The position numbers and the translations under genes are program-made. This document shows positions 19,406-28,154 of a DNA stretch of 63,845 nt, in pieces. Origin of the DNA: an uncultured archaeon (GTDB lineage Archaea; Iainarchaeota; Iainarchaeia; Iainarchaeales; JAAZKV01); assembly GCA_964461205.1 (NCBI GenBank), contig CAYWUL010000004.1, forward strand, positions 1 through 63,845, written 5' to 3'. Position 1 is the first letter of the stretch. Every line of letters begins with the position of its first letter. The notes below the pieces were generated by a model. It saw nothing but the letters and a program-made list of their open reading frames with translations, searched no databases and was not told the DNA's origin.

Positions 19406-21775
19406 TTATCTTACGCTGTGAATAAAGAAAACACCATTATCATATACTTTATTCAAAAAAGTAAATTCGATAGGTTCTTTTCTTTCAACACTACCTACGG
19501 GTTGTGTTTCAATCAAGAACTTTTGGTTGTAAACAAAATCAATATCATATTTTTTCAATATATTCTGGTCTTCTTTTTCAAAAAAGAAAAAAGCATCGTC
19601 TATTTTTCCCGCATCAGCATATTCAACAGCTAAATCTGCTAGGATTTTTCTTTGTGAAAAATATGCAGTGTAATGGCCAAGCGCAGGAGCATTAAGTATG
19701 TGTGCTTCTGAAGAAGACATTAATGCTAAGTCATCGGCAGAACTTATAGCAAAATCTGGGACAACATAGTTTAACAAAACAGAGGAAGCAAATAGTGCTC
19801 CAATAACAAATATTATAAAAATTAGGTGTTTGATTTCCTTTTTTCTTAAAAAGTTTGAAGGAAACAAATATACTCCAATAAAAGAAAATATTATTGTTGT
19901 CGCAATGTTAACTCTGTAAGTAATAAATAATTGCACCAAGATCAAAATCGCGAGTAAGATCAAAACTTTTTTTGTAAAAGAATTCACTCTTGGCTTGAAC
20001 CCAGTTATTGGAAGCATTATTACAAAAAAGAAAATTATTTGTGCTAGCAAATCAACTATTACTCCATACCAGGGCATTCCAAACAAATATCCCCAAGTTG
20101 TTGGTTTTGCTTGTGTTGGCAAACCATAAAGAAGGAATGTTGGAATGTAGAATATTAGTCCAATTATTGCTGTCCCAATCCAATATTTTAACAAAGGCTT
20201 GAATTTTATTTTTGTTTGGGTAAGAACAAAAGAAACTAGTATAATAGTAATTATTATTGGTAGTTGGAACCACATTGCTATTCCTGCAGGAATAATTGCT
20301 AATTTCTTTTTATCAACAAGCATTGTTAAAGAAACAAACATTAAAGCAAGAGCAATAATGTGTCGCTCATTAAAGAAAACATCCCCTAATAGAAAACCAC
20401 CAATAAGCATTAGCATTACAACTAATTTTGCCTTTGTTTTTGTTAAACCAATTTTTTCAAAAAATATCATCGCACTAAAAAATAACGCGAGATTTGCAAG
20501 AACAAGTAATATTGCAAAACTTATTTCGTTAAAATCTCCAAACAAAAATGATATGCCGGATTCTGCAAAGAAATACGCTGATAAATAACCATATGGTTTT
20601 TCTCCAAAGTGCGTAAATGAATCTAACAGAGGAACCCCATTATTTTCAAAAACGGTTTCAGATTGTCTCTCATAAAAAGAAGTCCAAAAACTAACATTTG
20701 TTGGAGTAACAATATTAAACAACAAAACAATCAAGAAGAAAATCAACAAGAACAAAGTAAAATGATCCTTCAAATTAAAACTTATTCTTGGAAGCTTCAT
20801 TCTTCCTTTAAAAACCATTAACAAAACTAGACTAATAAAGAAAGTGAATACTGAAAAACTAATACTTGATAACAAGCCAGAATAATTTAGTATAAAACCA
20901 ACAATAATTAGGATTGTTAAGAAAGTTAAAATTGAAGAAACAATATTTTCTAAGAATTCTTTGTTTGAAAAAACACAAGTAATCAATACAAATAATAAAA
21001 ATGCGATTATCAATAAACCAATAATCAAATTTGATTTTAACGAAACAATATTTTCTAATAAAGTTGTTTCTTCACCACCATAAAAAGAAGTTTTTATTTT
21101 GTTTGTTCCTTCAACAATAGAAATTAATTCTTCATGGTTTCCGTCTTCAAAAAAAGCTCTTCTTACAAGAGAATCATTTAAATAAATATAAACCGGTTCT
21201 TTTTCTTCTAATTTATTTGTTATTTCAAAAGACAATTTTGCGCTATAATCATCGACCTTTTCAAACGAAATTATTCTTATTTGTTGTTCAATTAACTTGT
21301 ATGAATCTATTCTCCCCACATGGAAAAAAATGCTTCTTGAGAAGGTGTCTAACTCAACAATATTATCTATTTCTGAAAAGAACTTATTTTCTAAGCAAAA
21401 TTCCTTCGAACTTTTTTTTGAAATATCAAATTCTTCAGTAAAAACAATAGCATCATTTACTTTTATCAGCAAATCTTCTCTTTTTTCATCTAAATTTTCA
21501 GAATCAAAAAATACTTTAAAACAAACGTCTTCTGTTGTAACAACCGAATCATAAGATTCTAAAGTCAAAGAAAATTGAGGGTTCTTTATTGGCATTGAGT
21601 GCCACGAAAGAGCTAGCAAAGAAATTGCCAACAAAATTATGAAAATTGTAATAAAGAATAGAACAAATTGTTTCTTTCTTTGTTGATTTTCCATCGGAAT
21701 TTCAAAAAAATCATTCTTTTTTTTAGATTCTTTTTCTAACTGAGACAATCCTCTTTTCTTTGTCTTACTCACCAT
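19406..21775 (-). CDS. large polytopic membrane protein, possible GT-C-fold glycosyltransferase
   Basis: 789 aa. It has an N-terminal TM, a ~200-aa extracytoplasmic domain, at least 13 TM segments and a soluble C-terminal domain ending in an STT3-like ILKKYDIDFVY segment. There is no WWDYG motif. Confidence 0.4.
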   Translation of the reverse strand: MVSKTKKRGLSQLEKESKKKNDFFEIPMENQQRKKQFVLFFITIFIILLAISLLALSWHSMPIKNPQFSLTLESYDSVVTTEDVCFKVFFDSENLDEKREDLLIKVNDAIVFTEEFDISKKSSKEFCLENKFFSEIDNIVELDTFSRSIFFHVGRIDSYKLIEQQIRIISFEKVDDYSAKLSFEITNKLEEKEPVYIYLNDSLVRRAFFEDGNHEELISIVEGTNKIKTSFYGGEETTLLENIVSLKSNLIIGLLIIAFLLFVLITCVFSNKEFLENIVSSILTFLTILIIVGFILNYSGLLSSISFSVFTFFISLVLLMVFKGRMKLPRISFNLKDHFTLFLLIFFLIVLLFNIVTPTNVSFWTSFYERQSETVFENNGVPLLDSFTHFGEKPYGYLSAYFFAESGISFLFGDFNEISFAILLVLANLALFFSAMIFFEKIGLTKTKAKLVVMLMLIGGFLLGDVFFNERHIIALALMFVSLTMLVDKKKLAIIPAGIAMWFQLPIIITIILVSFVLTQTKIKFKPLLKYWIGTAIIGLIFYIPTFLLYGLPTQAKPTTWGYLFGMPWYGVIVDLLAQIIFFFVIMLPITGFKPRVNSFTKKVLILLAILILVQLFITYRVNIATTIIFSFIGVYLFPSNFLRKKEIKHLIFIIFVIGALFASSVLLNYVVPDFAISSADDLALMSSSEAHILNAPALGHYTAYFSQRKILADLAVEYADAGKIDDAFFFFEKEDQNILKKYDIDFVYNQKFLIETQPVGSVERKEPIEFTFLNKVYDNGVFFIHSVR

Positions 21776-21837
21776 AAGAATTATTTCTTCCAGAAAGACT
21801 TAAATATCCGTAAGTGATAATATAATCGGGTGTTGAT

Positions 21838-22467
21838 ATGTCTATTTCCAGACTAGAAACTGATTTGCTCATGGTAAAGAAGGATTTACAAGGAGTAAAA
21901 CAGGTAAATAACAAGTTTTTTCATATTCTTGAAGAATTAAATGGAATAAAGGAAAGAACAATCTCAGACCCAAAAGCACGAGATAAAATTTCTGAAGAAT
22001 TCAAAGAAAAAGAAATAATTGATATTTTTGCCAGTATTGAAGAGGATTTTAGAGAGCTAAAAAGACAAATGACAAAACAAGAAATCTATAAGGAAAGAGT
22101 TGTTGATTTTGTTGAATCGTTAAGAACAAAAAAAAGGTTTTCTTTTGAAGAGACAACAAAATCAATCTTGTTCTTAGAGGAAGCGATTGATTCTCTTGAC
22201 GCAGAAATAATTTCTTTAAAACCAGAGTACATTGGAACAATTGATCTTGGAGAAGTTGCAATTGCGCTTGGGTTACACAAGGACGGTTCTGGAATAGTTG
22301 TTCAAAGAGAATTATTCTCAAATGTTTTAGCACAATTAATTGCAAAAAGAATTTTCAAGAATATTATTTTTGAAACGGATAATGCAAAAATCTTTTTGAA
22401 AAACAGCACTACCATAATTGTTGAAAGTAACAACCATAATATTAGAAAGTTAAGTCATCTTGATTAG
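21838..22467 (+). CDS. hypothetical protein (N-terminal coiled coil)
   Basis: 209-aa ORF with no recognised motif. Confidence 0.4.
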   Translation: MSISRLETDLLMVKKDLQGVKQVNNKFFHILEELNGIKERTISDPKARDKISEEFKEKEIIDIFASIEEDFRELKRQMTKQEIYKERVVDFVESLRTKKRFSFEETTKSILFLEEAIDSLDAEIISLKPEYIGTIDLGEVAIALGLHKDGSGIVVQRELFSNVLAQLIAKRIFKNIIFETDNAKIFLKNSTTIIVESNNHNIRKLSHLD

Positions 22468-22526
22468 TAGTAATATTAGTACTAATTATAGTGTTCTGTT
22501 CAATTATAAAACAAAAAAAACCTTTT

Positions 22527-23825
22527 CTATATTAGGAATGCGGATGCTGTAACACTTGTGTCCCAACTAAATCTTGGTCGAACTTTTATCATCCAAACTT
22601 TTTCAGTATTATCATCAATTACTAATGCAAACCCTTTTTGCCGAGGCATTTCAGAATACAATTTATCTAAATCAGTATGCATGTATGTTGGACGTAATTG
22701 TCCAACAGCAGCAATATCTGGTTGAGAAGTCATTCTATGAGAAATAAATAAATCACATTGTGATATTGCATCAGGATGAAGTTTTTCTGGGCGTTGTGTT
22801 GCAAGTATTAAACCTAATCCCGGTTGTCTTCCAACTCTAACCCATTCAAGTAATACGGGAAGCGCAATATTTTCTTCGTCTTTAGGCATGAACATGTGCG
22901 CTTCATCAATCATTAACCAAACAAGCGGCATCTTACTTGTTCTCTTATTTTCTTTTATCAACCTTATTTCTTCTTCTTTCCTATATAACATTCTTTGTTC
23001 GAACAATTTTTTTCCTATTAATGCAACAACAATATCTTTTACTCCTTCAGCACCAACTGTTTGTCGGTAAGAAGAAACATCGATTGCCGTTATTGAACCG
23101 GGTTTTGCTAGTTCTTCTATTTTTGTTCCATCTTTTTCTATTAGTCCCCAAGATTGAACCATTTTCAATCTATTCATTACTGCTTGTTTAATATCATCTC
23201 TTGATTCATCATCATTTTTTACAGCAGTAATCAAATCTTCTATTCCATAATAAGTCCCAATTTTTTCTTTCACTTTTTGAACTACCCTAGAAATCAATAC
23301 TCCTTGCGGATCCATCCAATTCAATCTAAATAATGCAAGCCATTCTGTTTCTTCAAGCTCAGAACATTTCATAGTGAATGCTCCATCAATAGGTAATCCT
23401 TTTTCTTCATAAAATTTTATTTGACCTCTTGGCACAAAAACTTTTACATTTGTTGCTTCTGGTTTTAAATCCCAATCACTCAAAACTTCTGCATCTTTTC
23501 CTTGTGCAGCTAATTTTAGCCCCCAAAAAATTCCAACAGTGTCAATTGTAATTGTAGAAATTCTATTTTTTATTGAAGGATCTAGGCGCGCCATTTCTTC
23601 CATTAAAACAGCAAGCGAATAAGATTTTCCTCCTCCCCTTTTTCCGCAAATAAGCATCAAGTGGGGCCTTGCAACATCAACAAGAACTTTTCTTCCTAAT
23701 ACTGGGCGTTCGCCTGAAGACATTACTACTTTTCCTAAATAAGCAGTTCCCCTATTACCATACTTTTCTAAATCATTTAAGTCTCTTCCTAGAACAGCAG
23801 GTTCTTTTGAAAAATCGTTTTGCAT
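22527..23825 (-). CDS. HerA/FtsK-superfamily P-loop ATPase (DUF87-like)
   Basis: Walker A is ICGKRGGGKSYS and Walker B is VWLMIDEAHMFMP. The QRP...ISHRM region is typical of HerA-like ATPases. Confidence 0.7.
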   Translation of the reverse strand: MQNDFSKEPAVLGRDLNDLEKYGNRGTAYLGKVVMSSGERPVLGRKVLVDVARPHLMLICGKRGGGKSYSLAVLMEEMARLDPSIKNRISTITIDTVGIFWGLKLAAQGKDAEVLSDWDLKPEATNVKVFVPRGQIKFYEEKGLPIDGAFTMKCSELEETEWLALFRLNWMDPQGVLISRVVQKVKEKIGTYYGIEDLITAVKNDDESRDDIKQAVMNRLKMVQSWGLIEKDGTKIEELAKPGSITAIDVSSYRQTVGAEGVKDIVVALIGKKLFEQRMLYRKEEEIRLIKENKRTSKMPLVWLMIDEAHMFMPKDEENIALPVLLEWVRVGRQPGLGLILATQRPEKLHPDAISQCDLFISHRMTSQPDIAAVGQLRPTYMHTDLDKLYSEMPRQKGFALVIDDNTEKVWMIKVRPRFSWDTSVTASAFLI

Positions 23826-23935
23826 AATACTAGAAAGTTTTTGAAGTATAATAATTTTCCCATCGCTCGAAAAATCAAAATTAATTTGTAATAATCAAAA
23901 TAAAAAAAATATTAAAAAAAAGCAAATGTGATATC

Positions 23936-24062
23936 GAGTAACAACGAAGATAGCACTCAGATGCTGCTTGGCTGGGCGGTTCCGAATGAAATGAGGAAGA
24001 GTCCAAAGGACTCCGATTCTGTGGACTAGAATGCCAGTCCAGGCAAAGGAGGGAAGGGCACC
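23936..24062. ncRNA. candidate structured RNA, unclassified (GC-rich island in AT-rich spacer)
   Basis: About 125 nt are visibly GC-richer than the surroundings. An outer helix pairs CUUGGCUGG with CCAGUCCAGG. An inner hairpin is GGAA-GAGUCC-AAA-GGACUC-cga-UUCU, and a further hairpin is GGACU-AGAAUGCC-AGUCC. On the minus strand it is followed by T8 runs. The strand is unresolved. Confidence 0.35.
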
Positions 24063-24563
24063 TTATTTCGTACAAGGGGTTGGGTGTTGATGTACAAATA
24101 GAACTTTCCTTCCGGATCGTATCCGTTTAAGGTGTCCCTCTCTCACAAGTTTACTTAAACGCTGTGAAGCAGCGTTTGATTTCTTATAGGCAAGGCGTGC
24201 TCTTACATCTTCTGCTGTAACTTGACCAACTTCATCAATTAATTGCATTATGTGTTGGTCAGGTTCAGACAATATTTCCTCTGTTCTTGTGTGGGAGTCA
24301 GAGGAGGTTTTTGTAAGTAACAATTCCTGTATTTTTGTGAATTTTGTTTCCAGGTTTCTTAAAATCTTATTTGTTTCTTCTCTTTCTTTTGTTAATTTGA
24401 ACAGAAGGGCAGCTAAGAAAGCTGGGTTTGATGATTCTTTCAACACTTCTTGCATATCAATACTTAAGTCATTGAATTCAGGAGAAATACGCTTAACCGC
24501 GTCAATGTCATTCAATAACTGTTGAGCATCGTATGCTTTCTGTGTTTTATCATGATTCATCAT
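24063..24563 (-). CDS. winged-helix (TrmB/MarR-like) transcriptional regulator
   Basis: The C-terminal segment VTAEDVRARLAYKKSNAASQRLSKLVREGHLKRIRSGRKVLF has a wHTH pattern. The N-terminal half is helical. Confidence 0.55.
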   Translation of the reverse strand: MMNHDKTQKAYDAQQLLNDIDAVKRISPEFNDLSIDMQEVLKESSNPAFLAALLFKLTKEREETNKILRNLETKFTKIQELLLTKTSSDSHTRTEEILSEPDQHIMQLIDEVGQVTAEDVRARLAYKKSNAASQRLSKLVREGHLKRIRSGRKVLFVHQHPTPCTK

Positions 24564-24672
24564 AGTATTATCATGATAGTCTCATGACATATATATACTT
24601 TTCCATTTTAGAAATAGAAACGCCTTATTGCTCTCAACTAAGGAATCCTAACTATTCTATTCTAGAATATAA

Positions 24673-25974
24673 TCACTTTTTGTCAGGATTATACCATTTT
24701 TTTAATGCTAATGCCAACTCTGGATGAGTTTTTGCGTATTCTTTTGCTGTTAAACCGTACATTTCTGCATCAACCGCTTGTCTCATTGCTTTTGAACCGC
24801 CAAATGAACCATTCGGGTGCCCGTGTATCCCACCACCTGCTTGAATAATAATGTCCCTACCCATGGCATGTATTAATGAAGGAACGCTTTGTGGAGATAA
24901 ACCGCCTGAACAAACAGCCATCATTGGCTTTAAATCCATCCAGTCTTCTTGTAATCTATGTTTAAATATGCTCTGAGTAATGATTTGTTGCTCTATTTCT
25001 TCTCCAACACTAACAACCTCTTTTTTTTCCTCATACATTTTTCCAACAATTCCCCCAACATGTAACTGATCTATTCCGATTAATCTACAAATTTTTGCTA
25101 TTACTAACATGGAAATACCATGTTTTGGGTTTCTTGTAAAAGCACCATGCATTGCACGATGGCCATGCAAGACAACTCTAAAATCTAAATCTTTTAATGC
25201 TTGAACCGCTGACCAACCAACAGTTAAAACATCAACCATTACAAATTCTCCACCATTACGCATAACCGTTTTTGCTCGTTCAACCATTTGCGGATAGGGC
25301 GCAGTAACATTTGCCAAATAAGCTTTTTTTTCCCCTGTTTCTTTTTCAGCTTTTTCTCTTGCTTTCAAAGTTAATTTTATTCTCTTATCAAAATTATTAA
25401 AACTCATCGAAGTTAGGTTCTCATCATCCTTAACATAATCACAACCGCCAAGCCATGATTCAAAAGAAACCCTTGCATGTTGTTCTTCGTTCAAACCAAC
25501 TTTTGGTTTAACAATAGTTCCAACAAAAGGACGGTGTTTTACACCCATTTTTTTTCTAATACCTTCAATCCCATACATTGGACCAGAATAATGCCTGATA
25601 AAAGATTGTGGAAAATCAATATCCATTAATTTAATATTTTTTACATCACTCATACCAAATAAGTTTCCTGCTATTGCAGAAGTTATTTGAGAAATATTAT
25701 GTTCTTCAAAAAGCTCTTTTGGGTAAGCAACTTTGTATATACCATTTTTTGGGTTTATAGAAAATATTTTTGGAGCAAGTCTCTTAAATAATGCAGGAGA
25801 CATTGTCCCAATATCTGTCCATGTCCCAATACTTGATTCGCTAGTTGCTCTTTGCGCTGCACTTTCAAAAGAAATTCCTCTCGCAGGTTCTAAATAAAAT
25901 TCACAAACCAAATCTTCCTTTGTTGGTTTGTAACCCCTATCAATATATCCTTTGTATTCTTGAACTCTTACCAT
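24673..25974 (-). CDS. rbcL: ribulose-1,5-bisphosphate carboxylase large subunit, form III (archaeal type)
   Basis: Motifs are YIDRGYKPTKEDLVCEFYLEP, SSIGTWT, GGCDYVKDDENL (carbamylated Lys region), HGHRAMHGAF and GGGIHGHP. No small-subunit gene is adjacent. Confidence 0.9.
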   Translation of the reverse strand: MVRVQEYKGYIDRGYKPTKEDLVCEFYLEPARGISFESAAQRATSESSIGTWTDIGTMSPALFKRLAPKIFSINPKNGIYKVAYPKELFEEHNISQITSAIAGNLFGMSDVKNIKLMDIDFPQSFIRHYSGPMYGIEGIRKKMGVKHRPFVGTIVKPKVGLNEEQHARVSFESWLGGCDYVKDDENLTSMSFNNFDKRIKLTLKAREKAEKETGEKKAYLANVTAPYPQMVERAKTVMRNGGEFVMVDVLTVGWSAVQALKDLDFRVVLHGHRAMHGAFTRNPKHGISMLVIAKICRLIGIDQLHVGGIVGKMYEEKKEVVSVGEEIEQQIITQSIFKHRLQEDWMDLKPMMAVCSGGLSPQSVPSLIHAMGRDIIIQAGGGIHGHPNGSFGGSKAMRQAVDAEMYGLTAKEYAKTHPELALALKKWYNPDKK

Positions 25975-26023
25975 ATAAACACCTTACTCAAAATAGGTTT
26001 TTGTTGTTTAAATATTTTGTGTA

Positions 26024-26503
26024 TTACTTTTTCTTAGGCTTTTTTGAGCCATCTAATTTAAGAGAATAATAAATCAAAGCAACAAACAAAATTAACGGAA
26101 CAAGTATTGCCGCAGCATAGTAATCAATGAAAGAAGTTAACAAAAAATAAATAGCATATATCAAAATCAATATTCCTCCAAATAATATTCCCATTGCAAT
26201 CATTTCATTTTTTAGATACTTTCTTGCCAATAAAATGAAAACAACTCCAAGAACAACATAAACAATTCCAGAAATTATGTTATATGAATTATAATAATCA
26301 TTAAATAAATAATTAGTATCACAATAACCTCCAATTTCATCCACTGCCCAAGTAAGTCCTGCCGCAACACATTCTGCTTCATCATAAGTATAATAGTTAT
26401 ATTGTTCTTGAGGCATCGAATAATACATTATTGATCCAACTAATGAAAAAACAAGCCACGCAAAAACGATTGCAATTAATCCAGAAATTATGGCTTTATT
26501 CAT
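26024..26503 (-). CDS. hypothetical 4-TM membrane protein
   Basis: 159-aa ORF with hydrophobic segments and a K-rich C-terminus. Confidence 0.45.
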   Translation of the reverse strand: MNKAIISGLIAIVFAWLVFSLVGSIMYYSMPQEQYNYYTYDEAECVAAGLTWAVDEIGGYCDTNYLFNDYYNSYNIISGIVYVVLGVVFILLARKYLKNEMIAMGILFGGILILIYAIYFLLTSFIDYYAAAILVPLILFVALIYYSLKLDGSKKPKKK

Positions 26504-26558
26504 AACTACAATAAACTAATGTTATATAAAAAACTTACTTTTAAAAAAGTAAAAAGTA

Positions 26559-26581
26559 ATAGAGAGCGTTCAGCTCTCTAT
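26559..26581 (-). terminator. hairpin and T-runs downstream of alba
   Basis: A perfect 9-bp stem (atagagagc gttca gctctctat) is followed on the minus strand by T-rich runs. Confidence 0.4.
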
Positions 26582-26593
26582 CAAAAAGTTTAA

Positions 26594-26953
26594 TTATTTT
26601 TTTAGTTGGATTGCGATTGTTGAAACTTTTAATGGTCTTCCATCATCTGTTTGTACTTCTTCTGTTGAAATATCAATGCTATTTAATTTTACATCTTCAG
26701 ATTTATTTCGAACAATTTCTGCAACATCAACAGCACGAGAAATTGATTTTCCTCTTGCTTTGATTGTAACATTTTTTGATCCACTACCAAATTGTGTTAC
26801 TACTGCTAAAACATAAGCCATTGCCCCTTTTTTTCCAACGTAAACAAAGCTTCCTTCTTCTTCAATAATTTCTTTCTTTGCTTCTTTTTTAACTTCTTTT
26901 TTTTCTGCTTTAATTTCTTTCTTTGCTACTTTTGCTACTTTTTTTTCTGCCAT
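26594..26953 (-). CDS. albA: Alba DNA/RNA-binding protein with lysine-rich N-terminal extension
   Basis: The core [20 protein letters not shown]...[23 protein letters not shown] matches the Alba fold signature. It is preceded by a ~33-aa AEKK/VAKK/EVKK repeat tail. Confidence 0.85.
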   Translation of the reverse strand: MAEKKVAKVAKKEIKAEKKEVKKEAKKEIIEEEGSFVYVGKKGAMAYVLAVVTQFGSGSKNVTIKARGKSISRAVDVAEIVRNKSEDVKLNSIDISTEEVQTDDGRPLKVSTIAIQLKK

Positions 26954-27183
26954 TTTGATGCCTCCAAGAAAATTAATTATTCAAATTGTAATACTAAAAT
27001 ATTTAAAAATGCAACTAATTTTTTAATTTAAAAATAGGAAAAGAAAAAAATTAAAAAAAAGGGAGTGTGGGCTGCTAAAAGCGCCCAACACACGCGCACC
27101 TGCGCATTTTTGATGAAACTTTTAATGAAACAACGTTTCATTAAACCCGCAAACCTTTGGTTTGCTTGGTTTTCTAAAAGTTT

Positions 27184-28029
27184 CTACTTTAGATATTTTA
27201 TTGTGTTTGTTAATACACCGTGTGTGTATCCTGGATCGTAATTAAAGTATATTACTGTTCCGAATGGGAAACTCTTTTTCTCCAATATTGCTGGATAAGT
27301 TTTTGGAGTTCCTTCCGAATCAATATATGCTATTGTTTTTGCACCTTCATTAGCTTGGATTGCTAATGTTTGCATTGCATATGGTGGTTGTCCTTCAGGA
27401 GGAGAGATTTCTATCCCCATCATTATTTTGTGATCAAAGTCTTGTCTTCTTATTCTTCCAACAACACTTATTTCTCTTCCTTCTGCACATGTTGGAACAT
27501 TGTCTGCTCCTAAAACACATTCAGCTGGCATAATGTCTCCGAATGTTGCTTTCCAACCAACTACGTCAGTTGAAACTGCTCCACCTAGACCAACACTTTG
27601 GTATACTCCAGAATTTAATACTACTATTAAATTCCCACCTTTCTTTACATAAGTTTGTATTGCTTCTCCTAAAGAAACCGAAACACTTTTTTCTGATAAA
27701 CTTTGATCTAATACAACTAAGTCATATTGTGATAGTTCTTCAGAAGCAGCATTTCCAAATGAAGTTGCATCTCTTACTCTATAAGTTAGCATGTAAGCTA
27801 AATTATCCATTACTACTTTTTCTCCTAGTGAAGGTTCTCCTATAAACAATACTTGCATGTGAGAACTTCCTTGTGGTAAATAAGGAATATCAACAACACC
27901 AAAATAGTTTAATGAAGCTATCCCAATAATTACTAATAAAATCAATGGAATTAAACCCTCAAGATTAAATCGAGGCATTCCCCCGCCTATTGGCCCTGGG
28001 TCTGCTCCCCCTCCTGCATCATCATACAT
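27184..28029 (-). CDS. membrane-anchored extracytoplasmic protein, paralog of the next gene
   Basis: It has a Gly-rich N-terminus and one TM. The segment VLFIGEPS...LVVLDQS...KKGGNLIVVLNSG resembles a flavodoxin/GATase1-like beta-alpha core. Confidence 0.45.
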   Translation of the reverse strand: MYDDAGGGADPGPIGGGMPRFNLEGLIPLILLVIIGIASLNYFGVVDIPYLPQGSSHMQVLFIGEPSLGEKVVMDNLAYMLTYRVRDATSFGNAASEELSQYDLVVLDQSLSEKSVSVSLGEAIQTYVKKGGNLIVVLNSGVYQSVGLGGAVSTDVVGWKATFGDIMPAECVLGADNVPTCAEGREISVVGRIRRQDFDHKIMMGIEISPPEGQPPYAMQTLAIQANEGAKTIAYIDSEGTPKTYPAILEKKSFPFGTVIYFNYDPGYTHGVLTNTIKYLK

Positions 28030-28154
28030 CTTTCTTCACTCCCTTCAATTAACCTGTTAATATTTTGTCTTTTAGTGTTTTTAATTCTTTCGTTAAAAGA
28101 CTTGACAAAATAAACACTCTTTTTATTAATAAACCTTTCGAGAACAATCACAAG

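Noticed and set aside
19406-21775. Calling the 789-aa membrane protein AglB outright
   Set aside because: The WWDYG motif is absent and I could not place DxD motifs confidently. I kept it as a GT-C-like hypothesis only.
23936-24062. Assignment of the GC-rich element to 5S rRNA, RNase P RNA, SRP RNA or a TPP riboswitch
   Set aside because: There are partial look-alikes: CCGAA...GGAAG for 5S, GAGGAAGAGUCC for RNase P CR-I, AAUGCCAG for THI and CAGCCAAGCAG for SRP. The closed helix spans only ~80 nt. The look-alikes lie on different strands or are absorbed in local hairpins. No downstream gene exists for a plus-strand riboswitch. I therefore left it unclassified.
23881-24075. 64-aa minus-strand ORF (MYEIRCPSLLCLDWHSS...) covering the GC-rich element
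   Set aside because: It overlaps the stop region of the wHTH gene. Its Cys/Ser/Pro-rich composition is odd, and it coincides with strong RNA-like secondary structure. An open frame over a structured non-coding element is the better explanation.
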